A DNA stretch of 64,000 nt from an uncultured Solirubrobacteraceae bacterium (GCA_963716355.1 OY970308.1:1707433-1771432), one strand, 5' to 3'. Numbered from the stretch's first letter, positions 9,484 to 20,156 are shown. A program made the numbers and translations. The notes: generated from the letters alone by a model not told the origin.

Positions 9484-12400
9484 ATGATCAAGGACAAGCT
9501 GAGTACCTATAAGCGCCTGGTAGCTATCGCAGTGTCAGGCGGTCTGTTGGGCGCCGTGATGTTTTCCAGCGTCGCATCGGGTGAAGTGTCGTGTGAAGGC
9601 TGCAAGCCCCGGTGGTACCTGACCACACAGTCGCTGCCTTCGATTCTCGTTCCAGGCGAACAGGGTGAGCTCATGACGACGGCCGAGAACCTGGGGACCG
9701 CGGCTCTACATGGCTCGGGGGTCGTGGTCGTCTACAAGCTGCCGCCTGGGCTGACGGCCGAAGGTACCGAGGTAGGCCGTGGCGAGTTCTCCCTCATCGG
9801 CAACTATGAAGGCTATTGCTCGGTGGAACCGAGCGAAGTCACCTGCACCTTCTCGCAAGAAAGCATTGAAGAATATCAGGACTTCCCGTACTACAACCTC
9901 AACGTCGGTGTCAAGTTCAAAGTAAACGCTGGCGCCACAACAGGCGAAGTCGCCGAAGTGCAGGTTTCCGGTGGAGGTGCCACCGCGGCATCCCTCAAGA
10001 AGCCGATCACGGTCGGGAACGGCCCCACGCCGTTCGGGATCGAACAGTACGAAATGCGGGCGGAAAACGCAGATGGCTCAACCGACACGCAAGCCGGATC
10101 GCATCCATTCCAGCTCACGACCACCATCCACCTGAACCAAAACTTCAGTCCGTTCAAACCGCCCGCGGCCGTGAAGGATCTGCGCATCAACCTGCCCCCT
10201 GGTCTGATCGGCAACCCAACACCGTTTCCGCGCTGCTCATTGGTTAAGTTCCTCGGCAGCGCTGGAGAAGGGCAGAACTTCTGTCCAGACGACACGGTCG
10301 TGGGAGTAGCGTCGGTGACCCACACCTTCCCGGTCTTTGGTGCACTGTCCTCCAACTCTATCCCGCTGTACTCGCTCGACCCCTCTAGGGGCGAACCGGC
10401 CCGGTTCGGCTTCATCGACAAAAACGTCCCGATCGTTCTGAACACATCGGTGCGCACAGGCAGCGACTACGGCATCACCGTCACTGTCCCCAACATCACC
10501 GAGATAGTCGGCTTCATGTCGAGCAGGGTCACGTTCTGGGGTGTGCCCGGCGACCCTCGCCACGACGCGGCGCGAGGATGGCATTGCCTGCAGCCCAAAG
10601 GTGGGCAACCGCCGTGCGGGCCGACCGAAGAGGTCAACCCGCCGCCGCTGTTGACGCTGCCGACGAACTGCCAGGGGCCTGTCAGGACCACGGTCGACAC
10701 CGACTCGTGGGAGCAGGCGGGCAGCTTCACGCCCCCAACCGGATACAACTTCAAAGACAACATAGGCCGCACCGTGGGGATGGACGGCTGCAATCAGCTG
10801 CCGTTCACGCCCAGCATCAAGGTGACGCCGGACGGACAGGCGGGTAGCACCCCGACAGGGCTGACTGTAGATCAGCACGTGCCGCAGGACGTGAGCCTGA
10901 ACGCCACCGGCTTGGCGGAGTCCGCGGTCAAGGGGCTCACGGTGACGCTGCCCAAGGGCGTGGTCCTGAATCCTTCCTCCGCGGACGGCCTTGAGTCGTG
11001 CTCAATGGAACAGATCGCCCTGCGCAGTCGCGCAGTGGCGCAGTGCCCGAATGCGTCGAAGGTCGCGACGGTGAAGATCAAGACGCCGCTGCTGCCCGAC
11101 CCGTTGGAAGGCGCCGCCTATCTGGCCGCCCAGGCCGCGAACCCCTTCGGGTCGCTGGTCGCGATGTACATCTATGTCGAAGATCCCGTGTCGGGCGTGC
11201 GGGTCAAGGCGGCCGGTGAAGTGGTGCCGGACCCGGTCACGGGCCAGCTCGTGGCGCACTTCGAAAAGGACCCCTACTTCGCAGGGAATGAAAACGAAGA
11301 ATCCCTGCCGCAGTTGGCGTTCGAAGACCTCGAACTGCACTTCTTCGGGGGCGATCGTGCGCCGTTGGGAACGCCTGCGCAATGTGGCACCTACACCACA
11401 ACGGCGTCGTTCAAGCCTTGGTCTGGCAACGCGCCGGTCGAATCGTCCTCGGAATTCCAGATCGTCTCGGGCCCGAACGGGAAGCCGTGCGCGAACCCGC
11501 TGCCGTTCGAACCCACTCTGACGGGTGGTACGACGAGCATCCAGGCGGGAGGGTTCAGTCCGTTCGTGACGACCTTCTCCCGCGAGGATGGCAACCAGAA
11601 CCTGCAGTCCCTCACGCTGAAAATGCCGCCAGGGCTGCTCGGGACGCTGTCCACGGTGAAGCTGTGCGGTGAAGCACAGGCCAACGCCGGCGCCTGCGGT
11701 CAGGACAGCCTGATCGGGCACACCACGGTCAGCGTGGGGCTCGGCGGAGATCCGTACTCGGTGACGGGCGGGCAGGTGTTCATCACGGGGCCCTACAAGG
11801 GCGCTCCATATGGTCTGTCGATAGTGACCCCGGCTAAGGCGGGACCGTTTGACCTCGGGACGGTCGTGGTGAGAGCGAAGATCGAAGTCGACAAGAGCAC
11901 GGCCGCCCTCACGATCACGACCGACGATTCGGGGCCGTACAAGATCCCCACGATCCTCGACGGGATCCCGCTCCAGATCAAGCACATCAATGTCAGCATC
12001 GACCGACCCGGGTTCATCTTCAACCCGACCAACTGCAGCCCTCAGGCGATCACGGGGACCCTCAACAGCGCTGAAGGATCCTCCAAGGCGCTGTCGGTGC
12101 CGATGCAGGTGACCAACTGCGCGGTGCTGGCGTTCAAGCCGAAGTTGACCGCGAGCACGTCGGGCAAACCGACCCGCAAGACGGGCGCGAGCCTGTCGGT
12201 GAAGCTGACCTACCCTGCGGGGGCCTACGACGCGAACATCGCCAAGGTCAAGGTCGACCTGCCCAAGCAGCTGCCCTCGCGACTCACGACGCTGCAGAAG
12301 GCGTGCACGGCCGCGCAGTTCGAAGCCAACCCCGCGGGTTGTCCGGCGGCGTCGATCGTCGGGCACGCCAAGGCCACGACGCCGGTACTTCCGGTGCCGC

Positions 12401-12786
12401 TGGAAGGCCCGGCGTACTTCGTCTCGCACGGAGGGGAACAGTTCCCGAGCCTGATCGTGGTGCTGCAGGGCTACGGCGTCACCGTCGACCTGGTCGGCTC
12501 GACGTTCATCAGCAAAGCGGGAATCACGAGCAGCACGTTCAAGACGGTCCCCGACGTGCCGGTCGGCACGTTTGAACTGAACCTCCCGCAGGGCCCGTTC
12601 TCGGCCCTCGCGGCTTACGGCAACATCTGCAGGGAAAAACTCGCAATGCCCACGTCGTTCGTCGGTCAGAACGGCGCGACCATCAAAACCACCACCGCGA
12701 TCAAGACGACCGGCTGCGCGAAGGCCAAGAAGCACGCCCACAAGGCGAAGAAGGCCGCCAAGCGGCACCGGAAGAACAAGAAGTAA
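9484..12786 (+). CDS. Large secreted protein with four Cys-paired repeat modules and a basic tail
   Basis: GGGAGG RBS; signal peptide; four LPxG..C..C(P)..(V/I)G modules; KAKKHAHKAKK tail. Confidence 0.85.
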   Translation: MIKDKLSTYKRLVAIAVSGGLLGAVMFSSVASGEVSCEGCKPRWYLTTQSLPSILVPGEQGELMTTAENLGTAALHGSGVVVVYKLPPGLTAEGTEVGRGEFSLIGNYEGYCSVEPSEVTCTFSQESIEEYQDFPYYNLNVGVKFKVNAGATTGEVAEVQVSGGGATAASLKKPITVGNGPTPFGIEQYEMRAENADGSTDTQAGSHPFQLTTTIHLNQNFSPFKPPAAVKDLRINLPPGLIGNPTPFPRCSLVKFLGSAGEGQNFCPDDTVVGVASVTHTFPVFGALSSNSIPLYSLDPSRGEPARFGFIDKNVPIVLNTSVRTGSDYGITVTVPNITEIVGFMSSRVTFWGVPGDPRHDAARGWHCLQPKGGQPPCGPTEEVNPPPLLTLPTNCQGPVRTTVDTDSWEQAGSFTPPTGYNFKDNIGRTVGMDGCNQLPFTPSIKVTPDGQAGSTPTGLTVDQHVPQDVSLNATGLAESAVKGLTVTLPKGVVLNPSSADGLESCSMEQIALRSRAVAQCPNASKVATVKIKTPLLPDPLEGAAYLAAQAANPFGSLVAMYIYVEDPVSGVRVKAAGEVVPDPVTGQLVAHFEKDPYFAGNENEESLPQLAFEDLELHFFGGDRAPLGTPAQCGTYTTTASFKPWSGNAPVESSSEFQIVSGPNGKPCANPLPFEPTLTGGTTSIQAGGFSPFVTTFSREDGNQNLQSLTLKMPPGLLGTLSTVKLCGEAQANAGACGQDSLIGHTTVSVGLGGDPYSVTGGQVFITGPYKGAPYGLSIVTPAKAGPFDLGTVVVRAKIEVDKSTAALTITTDDSGPYKIPTILDGIPLQIKHINVSIDRPGFIFNPTNCSPQAITGTLNSAEGSSKALSVPMQVTNCAVLAFKPKLTASTSGKPTRKTGASLSVKLTYPAGAYDANIAKVKVDLPKQLPSRLTTLQKACTAAQFEANPAGCPAASIVGHAKATTPVLPVPLEGPAYFVSHGGEQFPSLIVVLQGYGVTVDLVGSTFISKAGITSSTFKTVPDVPVGTFELNLPQGPFSALAAYGNICREKLAMPTSFVGQNGATIKTTTAIKTTGCAKAKKHAHKAKKAAKRHRKNKK

Positions 12787-12795
12787 GCGGCTCTA

Positions 12796-12840
12796 AACGG
12801 CTCGGCCCTGTCGCACGAGATCGTGCGGGGTCGAGCCGTT
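12796..12840. terminator. Long hairpin between convergent genes
   Basis: AACGGCTCGGCCC..CGCACGA-GA-TCGTGCG..GGGTCGAGCCGTT inverted repeat. Confidence 0.65.
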
Positions 12841-12858
12841 GAGGCCTCGCTGCGCTGA

Positions 12859-13392
12859 CTACGCGCGGCTCGCTCGTACGGCGCTGCGCACGAGGGCGAG
12901 CGCCACCTGCCGGTGGATGAGCGACACGGGAGGCCACACGAGCGCCGCGAGTTTCCGGTCGTAGCGGATGAAGGAGGCGAACGACAGTCGTCCTTCGTCG
13001 ACGTGCAGCACCACATGGCCGGTCAGGAACCACGAGGCGGCCTCGATCCTCACCCAGTTCTCACCGCGATCGACGATCTGCCACCCGAGCAGACGATCGG
13101 GCGCGGGCCGCAGCTTCAGGCGCAGGCCGAGGAACACACGCTGGGCAAGTGGGGTGAGCAGGAGCACGCCACGCGGCACGCCCTTCAACGCCGCGTCGAT
13201 CAACTGCTCCGGCTCCACTGGCGCTCGGTCGATCGTCGCGGTGACGATGTCGGCGTAGTCGGCGTCCGCGAGCGCGCCAAGCGAGCGGATCTCCTCCGGA
13301 ACCTCACGCCGCCAGCGGACGCTCGAGGTGTCCGCGCGTCCGTCGCGACGCGGAGAGGCGGGGTTGGGGTGCTGTGACGGGGCCGTGGGCAT
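12859..13392 (-). CDS. Hypothetical protein (DUF2867-like)
   Basis: ADYAD, VFLGLRL, LLGWQI and VWPPVSLIHRQ pattern; last gene of the operon. Confidence 0.65.
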   Translation of the reverse strand: MPTAPSQHPNPASPRRDGRADTSSVRWRREVPEEIRSLGALADADYADIVTATIDRAPVEPEQLIDAALKGVPRGVLLLTPLAQRVFLGLRLKLRPAPDRLLGWQIVDRGENWVRIEAASWFLTGHVVLHVDEGRLSFASFIRYDRKLAALVWPPVSLIHRQVALALVRSAVRASRA

Positions 13393-13404
13393 CTGTTACG
13401 ACCG

Positions 13405-15924
13405 TCAGTCCTGCATGGCGAGCGTCGCGGGAACCGAAGCGGCGAGGTAGCCGGGGACGGTGAGGATCGCAAGCGCGGTGGCGATCACCAGCGAGAGGCT
13501 GCCCAGCGCCGTCAACGGCGCGAGGGAGTGCACGACGGGGAAGTCGATCACGTTCGCGAGCGCGCGATCGGCCAGCTGCTGGCCGTACATGCCGAAGATC
13601 GCGCCGCTCACACAGCCCACGCCCAGCAGCAGCATGCTCTCCAGCAGGATCATGCGCCACAGTTCCGCTCGCGCGAGCCCCTCCAGCTTGAGCTTCGCGA
13701 GACGCGGTCGCCGCTGCCAGACCATCGCTCCCATCGCGGCCGCCATCGCCAGCGCGGCGAAGATCGAGATCAAGCTCGCCATCTGGCTCAGCCGGTCGAG
13801 CGCGCCGCGGTCGAGCGCCCGCTGCTGAGCGACGTGCTGAGCGGCCGTTTGAACCGTCAGTCCCGAGTTGGGCCCCAGCGCGTGTTCGATCTCGCGGAGG
13901 ACTCCGGCGGGCGACACCCCGCGCTCCAGCAGGACGCTGTAAGCGCTCGCGTCCCTGCTCCCCCACGCATGCGCGTAGTCATCGGCGTTCATCACGATCG
14001 CCCCCGGCGCCCAGCCCACGTTGGTGGACAGCGCCGCCACGCGGAAGCCCGTGGGCACGGGGGAGGGCAGCGTGAAGGCCTGACCGACGCGCAGGTGCTG
14101 TTCGGCGGCGAGCGCCTTCGACAGCACGAGCCAGCCGCCGGCGCGTACGCGTGCTTCCGCGCGGCGCGCGTCGCCCCGCACGATCTGCCCGGCGGGCAGC
14201 AGCGGGGCGGATCGACGCGCGGGGGCGATCACGAGCGTGCGACGCGTGCCGTAGTCGAGCAGGCCGCTGCGGTAGAGCGAGACCGCTCGAACGCCACGCA
14301 CACGTTCGAGCTTCGCCCGCTGCGTCGCCGCGAACGGGGTCGTGTGCAGGAGGTTGTAGGAGCCGGTGGGCGCCACCCACACATCGCTGCCGGCGTTAGC
14401 GGCGCTCGCCGCGTTCTCCAGGCCGGCGAGCAGGTCGCCGTGCGCCCCTTGGATGGCGACGCCGCCGAACACCGCGATCGCCCCGGTCGCAGTGATCGCG
14501 ACGGCGCGCGCACGGGCGGCGCTCAACTCCATCACAGCCACGTGTGGGATCGGGCTCACGATCGTGCCGGCCAGCCGTTTCACGAGCGCGAGCGTCGCCG
14601 AGAGCACGATCGGCAACTCCAAGAGCAGGGCTGCGACCAGCAGGACCATGCCGGGGATCGCGGCGTCGGGCTCGACCACGAGCAGCGCCGTGGCCGCGGC
14701 GAGGCTGAGCAGGCCCGCGAGCGCCTGACGCCCTGTCGAGCGGGCCCTCACGGACGTCTCGCTCTCCGCGATCGCCGCGAGCGGATCGCGCGAGAGGATG
14801 GCCCGCAACGGGCTCAACACCGCCACCACCGCCGCGAGCATCCCTCCCCCCGCGGCGATCGCGATGCTCTGCGCGCTCACCACCCGCTGCGAGCCGACTG
14901 TGAAGGCCAGCGAGAAGAACGCGGGTTCGGAGCGGAAGACGTGGATGGACAGCTCCTCGCCCAGCGCCAAGCCGAGCACGCACGCGATCGCACCCAGCGC
15001 GAGACCATCCATGAGCAGCAGCGCGATCACCGTGCGCGGGGGGTAGCCGTCGCGACGGAAATCGGCGATCAGCCGCCGACGCTGCGGCACGGTGAGCAGC
15101 GTTGCGTTGAACGCGAACAGGAACCCAACCAGCGCGCTGATCGTCGAGAAGAGCGCCGTCGACTGGTTGCTGACCTGCGCGGCCTTCTCGAACAGCCTTT
15201 CGTCGTAGTCGGTGCCCTCGACGTTGAGGCGACCGGCGGCGATGGTCCTCAACGCGCTTCGCACACGCGCTTCGAAGCCCGCGGCGGGCGCCACGAGGAT
15301 GCGGCTCACGCGGCCGCGCAGGCCGCTCGCTTCCTGGGCAAACGACAGCGGCGCGAGCGCGATCGGGCTCGCGACCAGGGACCCGATCTGCCGCCTGCTG
15401 AGCTGTGCGTAGAGGGGGGCGTACTCGGTGCGCCCGGCGATCTGGAGCTCGACTTCCTCGCCGAAGGCGGTGACGCCGAGCTTCTGCGCCAGCGGCGCGG
15501 GGAGCACGACGGCGCCGATGTCGCCGAACGGGGAGAGGTCCTTGCGCTGTACGAGCGAACCGCCCAACGCGGACAGGCTTTCATCGGCGCCGAGCAGCTC
15601 CACCGACTCGCTGCCCTTGGGTCCGACCGCGTGCGCGGCGGCCTCCAGGATCGGCGCTGCGGCCCGCACGCCGGAGATCCGACGCACACGCTCGAGCATC
15701 CCCTCCGGGAATCCGTGCGGGTCGCGCGCCGTGAGCTGCAGCGTCGCGCTGCCCACGATCCCGCCCGACAGCTGCCCCACCGAGCTCTGAAGGCTGGTGC
15801 TGGCGACCTGCGATGCGAACAGCAGCGCAACCCCCGCGGCGATCCCCGCGATCGCCAGGCACTCCTGCACGATCCGCGAGCGCAGTCGCACGCGGTATAG
15901 GCGCAGGGCGTTGGACAGCCTCAT
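13405..15924 (-). CDS. ABC transporter permease (FtsX/MacB-like, two halves)
   Basis: LAIAGIAAGVALLF N-terminal TM, extracytoplasmic domains, QRRRLIA and QRRPRLA..LEG motifs. Confidence 0.9.
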   Translation of the reverse strand: MRLSNALRLYRVRLRSRIVQECLAIAGIAAGVALLFASQVASTSLQSSVGQLSGGIVGSATLQLTARDPHGFPEGMLERVRRISGVRAAAPILEAAAHAVGPKGSESVELLGADESLSALGGSLVQRKDLSPFGDIGAVVLPAPLAQKLGVTAFGEEVELQIAGRTEYAPLYAQLSRRQIGSLVASPIALAPLSFAQEASGLRGRVSRILVAPAAGFEARVRSALRTIAAGRLNVEGTDYDERLFEKAAQVSNQSTALFSTISALVGFLFAFNATLLTVPQRRRLIADFRRDGYPPRTVIALLLMDGLALGAIACVLGLALGEELSIHVFRSEPAFFSLAFTVGSQRVVSAQSIAIAAGGGMLAAVVAVLSPLRAILSRDPLAAIAESETSVRARSTGRQALAGLLSLAAATALLVVEPDAAIPGMVLLVAALLLELPIVLSATLALVKRLAGTIVSPIPHVAVMELSAARARAVAITATGAIAVFGGVAIQGAHGDLLAGLENAASAANAGSDVWVAPTGSYNLLHTTPFAATQRAKLERVRGVRAVSLYRSGLLDYGTRRTLVIAPARRSAPLLPAGQIVRGDARRAEARVRAGGWLVLSKALAAEQHLRVGQAFTLPSPVPTGFRVAALSTNVGWAPGAIVMNADDYAHAWGSRDASAYSVLLERGVSPAGVLREIEHALGPNSGLTVQTAAQHVAQQRALDRGALDRLSQMASLISIFAALAMAAAMGAMVWQRRPRLAKLKLEGLARAELWRMILLESMLLLGVGCVSGAIFGMYGQQLADRALANVIDFPVVHSLAPLTALGSLSLVIATALAILTVPGYLAASVPATLAMQD

Positions 15925-15938
15925 GTCCAGGGCTCCGC

Positions 15939-16649
15939 TCAGCAGCTGCCGACGGTCGTCCGTGCGCGCGCGGGGTCGATCTCGTGCTCGGAGAGCTTCC
16001 CGTCGCTCAGGCCGAGAACGCGGTCGGCGTACTGCGCCGCCATCGGGTCGTGGCTGACCAGCACGATCGCCACCCCGCGCTCGCGGCACAGCTCTCGCAG
16101 CAGCTCGAGCACTTCGCGCCCACGCTGGGTGTCGAGGCTGCCGGTCGGCTCGTCGGCGAGCAGCAGGCGCGGCTTGGTGGAGAGCGCCCGCGCGATCATC
16201 ACGCGCTGGCGCTCCCCCATCGAGAGCGTCTCAGCGCGGTGGCGCACGCGTTCCCCCAGGCCCAGGCGTTCGAGCAGGGGCGTCGTCTCGCGCTGTGCGT
16301 CGCGCCAGCGCATCGTCCTCAACAGCTTCAGCAGTGAGTTGTCGATCGCGCTGACCCCCGGCAGCAGATCGAAGTTCTGACGGATGAAGCCCAGCTGGGA
16401 GAGCCTGAAGTGCGACGCCTCCCGCTCTGAGAGCGAGGAGGTGTCCCGTCCGCCGATCAGCACAGCTCCCGACGTCGGCTGAAGCAGCGTGGCGACCATC
16501 AGCAGCAGCGTCGTCTTGCCCGACCCGCTGGGTCCGTACAACGCCACCATCTCGCCCGCGGACACCGTCAGCGACACGCCGTCGACCGCTCGCACGGGCT
16601 CCCCGCCGACGGTGGGGTAGTGCTTCACCAGCTCGCGCAGCTCCAGCAT
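15939..16649 (-). CDS. ABC transporter ATP-binding protein (LolD/MacB-like)
   Basis: GPSGSGKT, LSMGERQR, LLADEPTG and VSHD motifs. Confidence 0.95.
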   Translation of the reverse strand: MLELRELVKHYPTVGGEPVRAVDGVSLTVSAGEMVALYGPSGSGKTTLLLMVATLLQPTSGAVLIGGRDTSSLSEREASHFRLSQLGFIRQNFDLLPGVSAIDNSLLKLLRTMRWRDAQRETTPLLERLGLGERVRHRAETLSMGERQRVMIARALSTKPRLLLADEPTGSLDTQRGREVLELLRELCRERGVAIVLVSHDPMAAQYADRVLGLSDGKLSEHEIDPARARTTVGSC

Positions 16650-16652
16650 GGG

Positions 16653-17144
16653 TCAGTACGACAGCCGGCCGCTCACGTGCACCGTGATGGCGTCGTTCGA
16701 CTTGGCGATCGTGCCGCTGAACTTCAGTCCCGAGCCCTGGGCATGGGAATAGATTCCCGATCGACGGCTGATCGACAGCCCCCCGGAGAAGCTCGCGCTG
16801 GTGGCGCCCCTGTGGTAGCTCGCCGTCCCCGAGCCGGACAGCGACCCCCCGCTCGGTGTGATGGTGACTTCGGCGCTCACGCGGCTGGAGGAGACGATCT
16901 TCAGGTGCACGGTGATGGTGCCTTTGATCGAGCCCGACGCGGCGCCCACCTCGTTGAGCGTGAAGCCGTGTTTGCTCACCAGGTGCAGGCGTCCGGTCTC
17001 GTTCAGCGAGATCGTCCTCGTGGCGTCCGCCGAGGTGGCCATCGCGCCGAGGCAGACCGTCGTCGCCGTCAGGATGCTCGCGAGTCTCATCGAGTGACGT
17101 CTTTGATTGTGCATCGGTGGTCCCACTTTCGTTCGTTTTCTCAC
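16653..17144 (-). CDS. Secreted beta-rich hypothetical protein (start may be ~17090)
   Basis: Signal peptide (..ATSADA); Gly/Ser/Thr-rich beta strands; GTGA coupling. Confidence 0.7.
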   Translation of the reverse strand: MRKRTKVGPPMHNQRRHSMRLASILTATTVCLGAMATSADATRTISLNETGRLHLVSKHGFTLNEVGAASGSIKGTITVHLKIVSSSRVSAEVTITPSGGSLSGSGTASYHRGATSASFSGGLSISRRSGIYSHAQGSGLKFSGTIAKSNDAITVHVSGRLSY

Positions 17145-17884
17145 GTTGGACAGAGAGCCGTCGCCGAGGAGCTGCCGGTGGAGCCGTCGCCGTAGGTGAA
17201 TTCAGCCGCAAAGGGGAAGCCGCCCAATGGGCAGCTCGCCGGAAGCACGACGGCGTTCGCGTCGTGCTTCGGTCGGTGCCTGCTCGTGCCGACGGTGAGG
17301 GTCAGCGCGGCGATCGACGCGTCGGGCTCCAGCGGCAGCGTGGGAACCGGAGGGATGCTCATCTGGAGCCCTTCGCCATATGGGGCTTGGTCGGGGATGA
17401 CGGTTCCGCTGAGAACGATCCGCTTGCGCAGCGGCGTTTCACCTGCGCCGAGCACCTCGAAGGTGGGCGTGAAGTTGTGCAGCGGTCCGAGGAAGATCCA
17501 CAGGCCGATGTCCTCGGTTATGAGCTGCGACCCAGCGTGGGCCTCCACGAGCGCGTGTCCGCTGCCGATCCTCGACTGCGCCGGGCAGCCGCGCGGCCCG
17601 CGGGCACGTAGACGCGCGGCGCTGCAGCTGCGCAGTGTGGGAATGTCCAGGCCCAGGCCGGCGGGAAGCTTCACGAGCAGCCGGCGCACCGGGGAGGGGA
17701 CGCCGAATTCACCTCCCCCGAAGCGCACGGTGAGCGTGAGGGCGCCCTTGGCGTGCAGGCGATTTGGAGACAGCGACGGCGTGAGAGTCGCGGAGGTCGG
17801 CGACGCCGCGGCGACGCTCGAGGCTGCGCAGATGGCGGGCGTCGACAGCGCGAGCGCAATCGCGATTGTCAGTGCGCTGCGCAT
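17141..17884 (-). CDS. Secreted protein with one Cys-paired module
   Basis: MRSALTIAIALAL signal; LPAGL..RSCSAARLRARGPRGCPAQSRIG; ends CPLGGFPF..ALCPT. Confidence 0.8.
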   Translation of the reverse strand: MRSALTIAIALALSTPAICAASSVAAASPTSATLTPSLSPNRLHAKGALTLTVRFGGGEFGVPSPVRRLLVKLPAGLGLDIPTLRSCSAARLRARGPRGCPAQSRIGSGHALVEAHAGSQLITEDIGLWIFLGPLHNFTPTFEVLGAGETPLRKRIVLSGTVIPDQAPYGEGLQMSIPPVPTLPLEPDASIAALTLTVGTSRHRPKHDANAVVLPASCPLGGFPFAAEFTYGDGSTGSSSATALCPT

Positions 17885-17886
17885 GG

Positions 17887-18678
17887 CTAGCGGTGCGGGC
17901 ATGGGATGGCTCGGTTGACGGTGAGCGCGGTGCCGTCGGCGAAGTCGACCCTTCCCCCGGTGGGGAATCCCCCCCGAGGGCACTTCCTGGGCACCACGAG
18001 ACCCTTGAGGGGCACCAGCGTCCTCTTGCCGTGCACCGACTCGTAGTAGGCGACGTGGGGGCCGCCCACCGTCACGAAGGCGCTTTCGATCGACGCGTTG
18101 GGGGCTCCGGGGAACGTGGTTATGGGGGGCACTTCCACGCTGAATCCCAGCCCGTAGGGCCTGTGCGCGGGAACTTCTCTCGCCGTGAGGACGAATTCGA
18201 TGCCGGCCGGCGCGACGGCGCGGGCGTAGATCAGAAACCTCAGGTGCCCGTGCTCCTTGGGGGCGAAGAAGAAGTCGAGCGTGTAGGGCGCGTGGATGGT
18301 TTCGCTGGGCAGTGCGAGCACCCCCACGCCGCCGCCGAAGCCGGCGCGGGAGTTCGCCGGGCAGCCGTCCGGCCCCTTCCGTTCGAGGGTGTCCGCCGTG
18401 CACGTGCCTGCGCCGCGCGTATCGATCCCCATGCCCGCGGGGGCGTAGAGCGTGAACCTGGTGATCGGCGCCGGCACGCCTCCAGTGCTCGACGCGAGTT
18501 GCGCCTCGAGCGAGAGGTTCGTCGAGGCGCCGAGCTCGTCAGGGGTGAATCGCGCCTGCAGCGACACCGTCTCATCTGCCCGCACGAGGGCTGGGCAGAT
18601 CATGGATGCGCACGCCAGGAGCGCCGCGGCGAGGACGGGTAGGGGGCGCCGTTCAGGCAAGGCTGATCGCCGCCTCAC
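17887..18678 (-). CDS. Secreted protein with one Cys-paired module (paralog of 17141-17884)
   Basis: Signal (..LVRA-DE); APAGM..TCTADTLERKGPDGCPANSRAG; ends CPRGGFP..IPCPHR. Confidence 0.8.
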   Translation of the reverse strand: MRRRSALPERRPLPVLAAALLACASMICPALVRADETVSLQARFTPDELGASTNLSLEAQLASSTGGVPAPITRFTLYAPAGMGIDTRGAGTCTADTLERKGPDGCPANSRAGFGGGVGVLALPSETIHAPYTLDFFFAPKEHGHLRFLIYARAVAPAGIEFVLTAREVPAHRPYGLGFSVEVPPITTFPGAPNASIESAFVTVGGPHVAYYESVHGKRTLVPLKGLVVPRKCPRGGFPTGGRVDFADGTALTVNRAIPCPHR

Positions 18679-20107
18679 GGTCGGCGAAGAACGCCTGGTC
18701 GAGCTTGCCCATCGTGGTGAACGCAGGCGCGCCGGTAAAGAACTCGGCGACGATCGACCTCCAGTGGTTGCTGGCGCGCAGCTCAGCGACCAGCGCGGCC
18801 CCGCCCAGCTCGATCCGGCCCATGATCGCGTACTCAGGCGGGAAGGTGAGGTAACGGAACGCCCTCGCCGAGGGCCCCGTGGGCGAGAATCGACGTTCGA
18901 CCCATTTGGCCAGGTGCTCCGGGGTGAGTGTGAACGGCTCCTCGCCCCACCACAGTTCCCACGGCTCGCGCCAGAAGTTGAACGCTTCCTCGGCGCTGAC
19001 GGGGTCGGTCGATCGCCAGAACCCGCCCTCCACGCTCGCGCGCCACGTCCCGAGCACGTCCTCCTGCAGGCAGGCGCGCCCGATCGCGTTCATCATCTGG
19101 ACCTGCTCGCGCGTGAAGCGCTTCGCGCAGCCGAAGTCCAGGAAGCTCACGCTTCCGTCGTCGTGAAACAGGTAGTTGCCGGGGTGCGGGTCGGCGTGAA
19201 ACAGGCAGAAGCGGTGGCTGGTGCCGTAGAGGAAGCGGTAGATCGCCTCTGCCCAGCTGTCGCGCAGCTCCTGCGTGGAGTCGAGCGCTTCGCTCCATGA
19301 CCTTCCTCGCACGAGCTCCTGCGTGAGCACCCGCTCGGTGGACAGCTCGGCGATCACCTCCGGGATGCGGATGAACGGGTGCCCGCGATAGATGTCCGCG
19401 AACGTCCTCTGGTTGGCGGCCTCCAGCCGGTAGTCGAGCTCCTCGCTGATGCGGATGCTCAGCTCGCGCGCTGCGCCGCGGAGGTCGAGGCTGACACGCT
19501 TGGGGAACAGGCTGAGGATCAACGCGAGGAGCGTGTACAGCAACTCGTTGTTCTTCAGGTCCGAGCGGATCGCCGCGGCGACCCCCGGGTACTGGATCTT
19601 CACCGCAACCTCTCGACCGTCGTGCAGCCGCGCGACGTGCACCTGCCCGATCGACGCCGCCGCGAGGGGACTCCAGTCGAACTCCGCGAACACGCTCTCG
19701 GTCCGCTGGGCGAGCTCGCGCTCGAGCACCTCCCGCGCCAGCTCGGGCGCCATCGGCGGCGCTTCGTCACGCAGCCGCGCCAGCGCCGCGTGGTAGATCT
19801 GCTGGTACTCGGCCGGCACCGCGGGACCGGTCGACACGAGCGACAGCATCTGCCCGGCCTTCATCAGAGCGCCCTTGGAGCGCCCGAGCAGCTCGGCGTA
19901 ACGCTCCGCGGTGCGGATGTGGAACTCGGTGCTGTCGGCGCCCGTCAGCTTGCTGCGCAACCCGGCGACCACCGCCTCGCCCGCGGTGCGAGCGCTCAGC
20001 GCCACCAGCGGGGCGGCCCGCCGCAGGCGCCCACGGTCGATGCCGTCGCCCTTTGGCGTCCCGTCACCCGCTTCTGGGGGCACTCCGACATTGGACACCA
20101 GAAACAT
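18653..20107 (-). CDS. AarF/ABC1/UbiB-family atypical kinase
   Basis: MKAGQ, AAASIGQVH, VAVKIQYPG, EELDY, FHADPHPGN and LDFG motifs. Confidence 0.95.
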   Translation of the reverse strand: MFLVSNVGVPPEAGDGTPKGDGIDRGRLRRAAPLVALSARTAGEAVVAGLRSKLTGADSTEFHIRTAERYAELLGRSKGALMKAGQMLSLVSTGPAVPAEYQQIYHAALARLRDEAPPMAPELAREVLERELAQRTESVFAEFDWSPLAAASIGQVHVARLHDGREVAVKIQYPGVAAAIRSDLKNNELLYTLLALILSLFPKRVSLDLRGAARELSIRISEELDYRLEAANQRTFADIYRGHPFIRIPEVIAELSTERVLTQELVRGRSWSEALDSTQELRDSWAEAIYRFLYGTSHRFCLFHADPHPGNYLFHDDGSVSFLDFGCAKRFTREQVQMMNAIGRACLQEDVLGTWRASVEGGFWRSTDPVSAEEAFNFWREPWELWWGEEPFTLTPEHLAKWVERRFSPTGPSARAFRYLTFPPEYAIMGRIELGGAALVAELRASNHWRSIVAEFFTGAPAFTTMGKLDQAFFADREAAISLA

Positions 20108-20131
20108 CTCCCTCTTTATATACTGACTTCA

Positions 20132-20149
20132 GCTAAGTGTATACTTAGC
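20132..20149. promoter_or_regulatory. Putative TetR operator
   Basis: GCTAAGT-GTAT-ACTTAGC inverted repeat in the 49-bp divergent gap. Confidence 0.7.
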
Positions 20150-20156
20150 AGAGGCC

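Noticed and set aside
11002-15900. Long antisense ORFs (11002-12768, 13528-15900) and similar Arg/Ala/Pro-rich ORFs elsewhere
   Set aside because: Shadow frames of high-GC genes with no recognisable motifs
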